Below, one piece after another: positions 60,600-64,000 of a stretch of DNA of 64,000 nucleotides. The stretch lies in contig MU008208.1 in NCBI GenBank assembly GCA_010909165.1, forward strand, positions 153,545-217,544, written 5' to 3'. The stretch comes from Anthoceros angustus. Its lineage: Eukaryota > Plantae > Anthocerotophyta. The position numbers and the translations under genes were made by a program. Each line of letters opens with the position of its first letter. Position 1 is the stretch's first letter. The notes below the pieces were generated by a model. That model made no database searches. It was not told where the DNA came from and saw only the letters and a list, made by a program, of their open reading frames with translations.

Positions 60600-62000
60600 C
60601 AATGTAGCACCGCGCATCTTAGGGAGGGGAGGCGAGGTGGTCGTGCTCCCCTGGGGTGGCGAGCGACCGTCCGAACGAGGATCTTGCACCGCCCGCCATG
60701 TGCCCCCGCCTGCGGCCTCCACACAGCGCTCAAATCCCGTTACCTTGCCGAGTGGGGTATGGACACGCTGCTGGAGTAGTGCCCGGGTTCCCACAGCCCA
60801 GAGACCACCGCCGCCGAGATTCCGGAGGCTCCCATGCGGTGTCAGACGAGGTCGATGCGGATGGCCCGTACCGAGGGGTACATCGCCTTTGGATACCGCT
60901 GCCTGGTGCTTTCATGCACTTGGTATGCCTCCCACCGCCTCCTGACTCTTCCCCGTAGTACTCCACCGGTTTACGGGTCCGGAGGCGCTTAGCCTCGAAT
61001 GCCCATGGTGGCACACCGCACACCATAGATGGGTCCGAACTGTGGTGGCCGCCTTCCGCCGTTCTCTATCCTTCACCTGGTTGATTGTCAACTCCTCCAC
61101 CCTCTTCATTACCCGTTCCAGATCTTCCCTCAACCCCGCTACTTCTTTCAAAGGGGTTGGGTCAGGTGGAACCTCCCGCACCGGTGCAGGCATCATAACC
61201 TCCTTCTTCTCAACCCTCCGCTTAACTACGGGCTTTTTCTTCTTATTCCTTCGGCGAGGTTCCTCCTCTTCCATGGCATCCTCGGATTCTTCTTCGGAGT
61301 CCTCCTCCTCTTCCTCCGAAGCTACCTCGGTTTCGTCATCCTCCTCTTCCGAGGGCTCTTCATCCTCGGATTCCGACCCCCGTTTCTTCTTTTTCTTCTT
61401 CCCTCCTGGAGGCGTCCTCGGCTTGGTGCATCGATTCTCGTAATTCTCCGCCGGACCGCCTTTGCTCACATCCTTCTCGCCAACAAGAAGACATGTAGCC
61501 ATTGGCTTGGGTAGGCCACCAACCATCACCGCTTGCATGGTGGTGTGGGTGGGATGCCGGTCCCAAGAGCGAGAACCGCTCGATGTACGATCCCAACTTC
61601 TCCGCCTCGCCTCGCCTGTTCTCGAGTTTGACAGACGAGCCTTCTTGGTCAATTCCACGGAATCTTTCCAAGAAGGCATCCTTCAATGCTGGGCGTCGCA
61701 GGGAGTGGGCGCGGTACTTCCTCCGTTGACCGAGCCGTCCCAAGGACCCCTTGGAACACCGGATAAGTCACAGATCCGAACCTTCTCCGAAGTTCGCCCG
61801 GGACACGAAATCCTCCATGAAGGTTTCTGCCTTCCTTCTTACCTCAAAGAGAGTACGCTTGCTTGGTCGATGTTGTTGCCATCGCTGATCAGGGGGTTGA
61901 GAATCGCCCCCTTACCGCTCGACTTTGTGCTACTTCCTCCTCACGATCCAACAAGTTCATCGGGTCCACGAGCTCACGCTGAGCCGTCGCCTCCTCACGT
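60600..62000 (-). pseudogene. gag: Athila-like gag
   Basis: LKDAFLERFR (Retrotrans_gag-like); long acidic tract (SESEDEEPSEEEDDETE..); WCAVCH..GH knuckle-like motif. Confidence 0.8.
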
Positions 62001-62110
62001 GCCTCTCCGCGCCTGGGCGGTCAACGTCCGCTCACTCGACCTGCTCTAACTACCTCTCGACCTCCACGCATCCACACTTACCTCCCTACTAGGCTACGGA
62101 ACGATCTCAT

Positions 62111-62128
62111 TCCCCGGCAACGGCGCCA
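62111..62128 (-). promoter_or_regulatory. Athila-like PBS complementary to the tRNA-Asp 3' end
   Basis: Minus strand TGGCGCCGTTGCCGGGGA, 4 nt after the LTR end (..GTCACA). Confidence 0.9.
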
Positions 62129-62132
62129 AAAA

Positions 62133-64000
62133 TGTGACGTGACTTTCGCTGATGGCCAGCCGGGCGCGCACAATCCCGTGTCGTTGAAGTAAGGGGTCCG
62201 CTCCCAAGAGAATGATAGGCTCCGTTTTGCCGTGTTTCACTCATTTCTCACCTCACTTAGCAACCGTTCAGTCTCAACACACACATTCATTGTTTTATGC
62301 CATAACGTTCACCGAACAGGCTGTGGCCAAACGCTTAAGGACCTGTTACCGCCTGCCGCCACTCTCCACTCTAGTCCGCTCCTCCGCCACTCACACTACC
62401 CTCATCGCCCTTGGAAGAAATCGCGCAGTGGCTGCGCCGGACCTCCTCCGCCTGCCAGCCCTCCGACCGGGCTCAGACGCCCCGGAGTTCCTCCGCTCAC
62501 GCCCGGCCTGGCCCAATGGCCGCCTGACGCAGCAAGGGTCCCTAGGCGCTATTCCCGCGCACACCACACACGTTAGGGTCCGCTACCAAGACCTTGACTG
62601 CCTCTCCGGGCCACCGCCCCTGTGACTCGCTACAAGAAGGCACACAAGGGCCCGCAAGAAGACGCATCAACACCAAGAAAAGATGATTTACTGAGAGTCC
62701 CTCTTATACTACGCCAAGGTCCGCCTTTATTACACCTCTATTCTCGAAATGAGGCCACCTGCGCCCTAATCGGCCGCCTACTCTTCCCTATTCCTCCTAT
62801 CTCCGCTTGGTGGATGGCCGATGCCCGCCTCTTGGCACCGGGCCCAAAGCCGAGCTCCCGACGATCACAAGACCCAATCGGATGATCCGCGAGGGACCTC
62901 ACCTCTCCCCGAGGGTCCGCCAGTCGGCCACAAGCGGCCTCACCACTAAGTCCTCCTCCTCCTCTCTTATCTCTCGGGCCCCTCGAGGGCCTCCAAGGGG
63001 CCGGATCCGGGGCCGTGTTCGTGGCTCTCCCCACTCCCCGAGTCTCGCCTGGGACCTGCTCGACCCGAGTCCCACCTCTAGGTCCGGCCTCCTCCGGGTC
63101 CGGCTCATGTCCGCCTTGAGTTCGACCTCGGGGTCCTGACTTGCCTCCTGGGTCCGGCCCTCCGGGCCCAACCTTCCTCGGAGTCCGGACCTCGGGTCCG
63201 GCCTCACCACTAGAGTCTGACCTCTAAGTCCAGACTCCTTCGTGGGCACCGGATTCGGCCTTCCTCAGAGTCCGGACAAAGTCCGACCCACTGCCCCGGT
63301 TTTGCCTCCTCACTCCGATCACCATCCACCGAGCCCTCCATTCCCGAGTGCCCGTGCGCCCTTCCACGGCCTCCTGTGGCCCTCCTCCCTTCCTTCCGTG
63401 CGGAGGTGTAGAGTGCTTACCGGCAGTGACCCTTCTTCCGCCTGCCCGCCTCTCTCCTCGCCGCTGCCATCACATCAAAGGCCTAGGGTCCCCTGTGGCT
63501 CTGCCCCGGGTCCTTCCTCCTGCTCCTCCTTCCGACCTTCGAAGTCCGCCGCCTAGGTGGCGCAAGACCTCCGTGAGCCTTGAGGAGCCTGGGTAGTAGG
63601 CAAGCTCGAATCGACTTGTTGAATCGCCTCCTCCACATGAGCCCGAGCACCAGACTCCCTCCTGAGGTGCTCCCCGAGCATGTTGTCCGCCCGCCGCCCG
63701 CCTCCAGCTTACCGTAGCGGACTCCTTGATGCCAAGGCGGCTCACACCGCAGCCTCGCCGCTACTCGACGTTCTCCTCCTCCCGTTGCTGCTCCAGCCGC
63801 CGGCCGGGCCATGGAGCCGAGCTCCTCCTCAGAAGGACGAGCACCGCTTCTCCTCCAAAGGCTTTCCCCTCCGCTTATCCTTTCCCGAGGTCCGCCACTT
63901 CTTCTCCAGCGGGCCGGTATCCCCGTCCGACTCTCGGCTTCCTCCACCTCCCGCAGCCCCGCCAAACTCCTCGACATTCTCCTCCTCTTCAAGCGGAGCC
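62133..64000 (-). repeat. Athila-like 5' LTR and continuing homology; distal boundary not in window
   Basis: Colinear with 15126-16915 plus 23396-23570 and with 38643-40445 plus 47023-47215, through to the last base of the window. Confidence 0.85.

Larger units (their letters stand above)
38643..64000 (-). mobile_element. Athila-like Ty3/gypsy element (3' LTR from 38643; 5' LTR from 62133 to at or beyond the window end) with nested copia B and C
   Basis: PBS TGGCGCCGTTGCCGGGGA (tRNA-Asp type, typical of Athila); gag-PR-RT-RH-INT order; RT motif VFLDDF; no chromodomain; large 3' extra ORF. Confidence 0.9.

Noticed and set aside
62111-62128. tRNA gene
   Set aside because: Only an 18-nt PBS matching a tRNA 3' end; no cloverleaf.

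Overview
TE-dense land-plant DNA, probably from a non-seed plant (inferred from the style of the PLS-type PPR motifs and the retroelement types). It is a nested stack of LTR retrotransposons. From left to right: (i) a Ty1/copia gag fragment (family D, 1-640, minus strand); (ii) a degenerate PLS-PPR gene; (iii) a rearranged Ty3/gypsy relic; (iv) a possible DNA-transposon end; (v) copia A (8434-15125); (vi) an Athila-like gypsy element (tRNA-Asp PBS, minus strand) inserted at the tip of the 3' LTR of copia A; (vii) copia B inserted in the extra ORF of the Athila element; (viii) copia C (51714-58700, 5-bp TSD) inserted in its RT. About 24 kb (ca. 691-25464) is tandemly repeated (ca. 25450-49128), so PPR, gypsy relic, copia A and copia B each appear twice. 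The sequence is noisy: many indels fall in CAG/CTG and CG contexts, as expected from unpolished long reads over methylated DNA. Most frameshifts are therefore unreliable and ORF borders are approximate. No rRNA, tRNA, CRISPR array or intact host gene was seen. The most unusual observations are an internal inverted gag duplication in copia C that predicts a long hairpin RNA (Mu-killer-like), non-TG...CA LTR termini in copia A (AG...CT) and copia C (TA...AA), a PBS copy appended to the 3' LTR of copia B, and extra ORFs in both the copia and the Athila-like elements.
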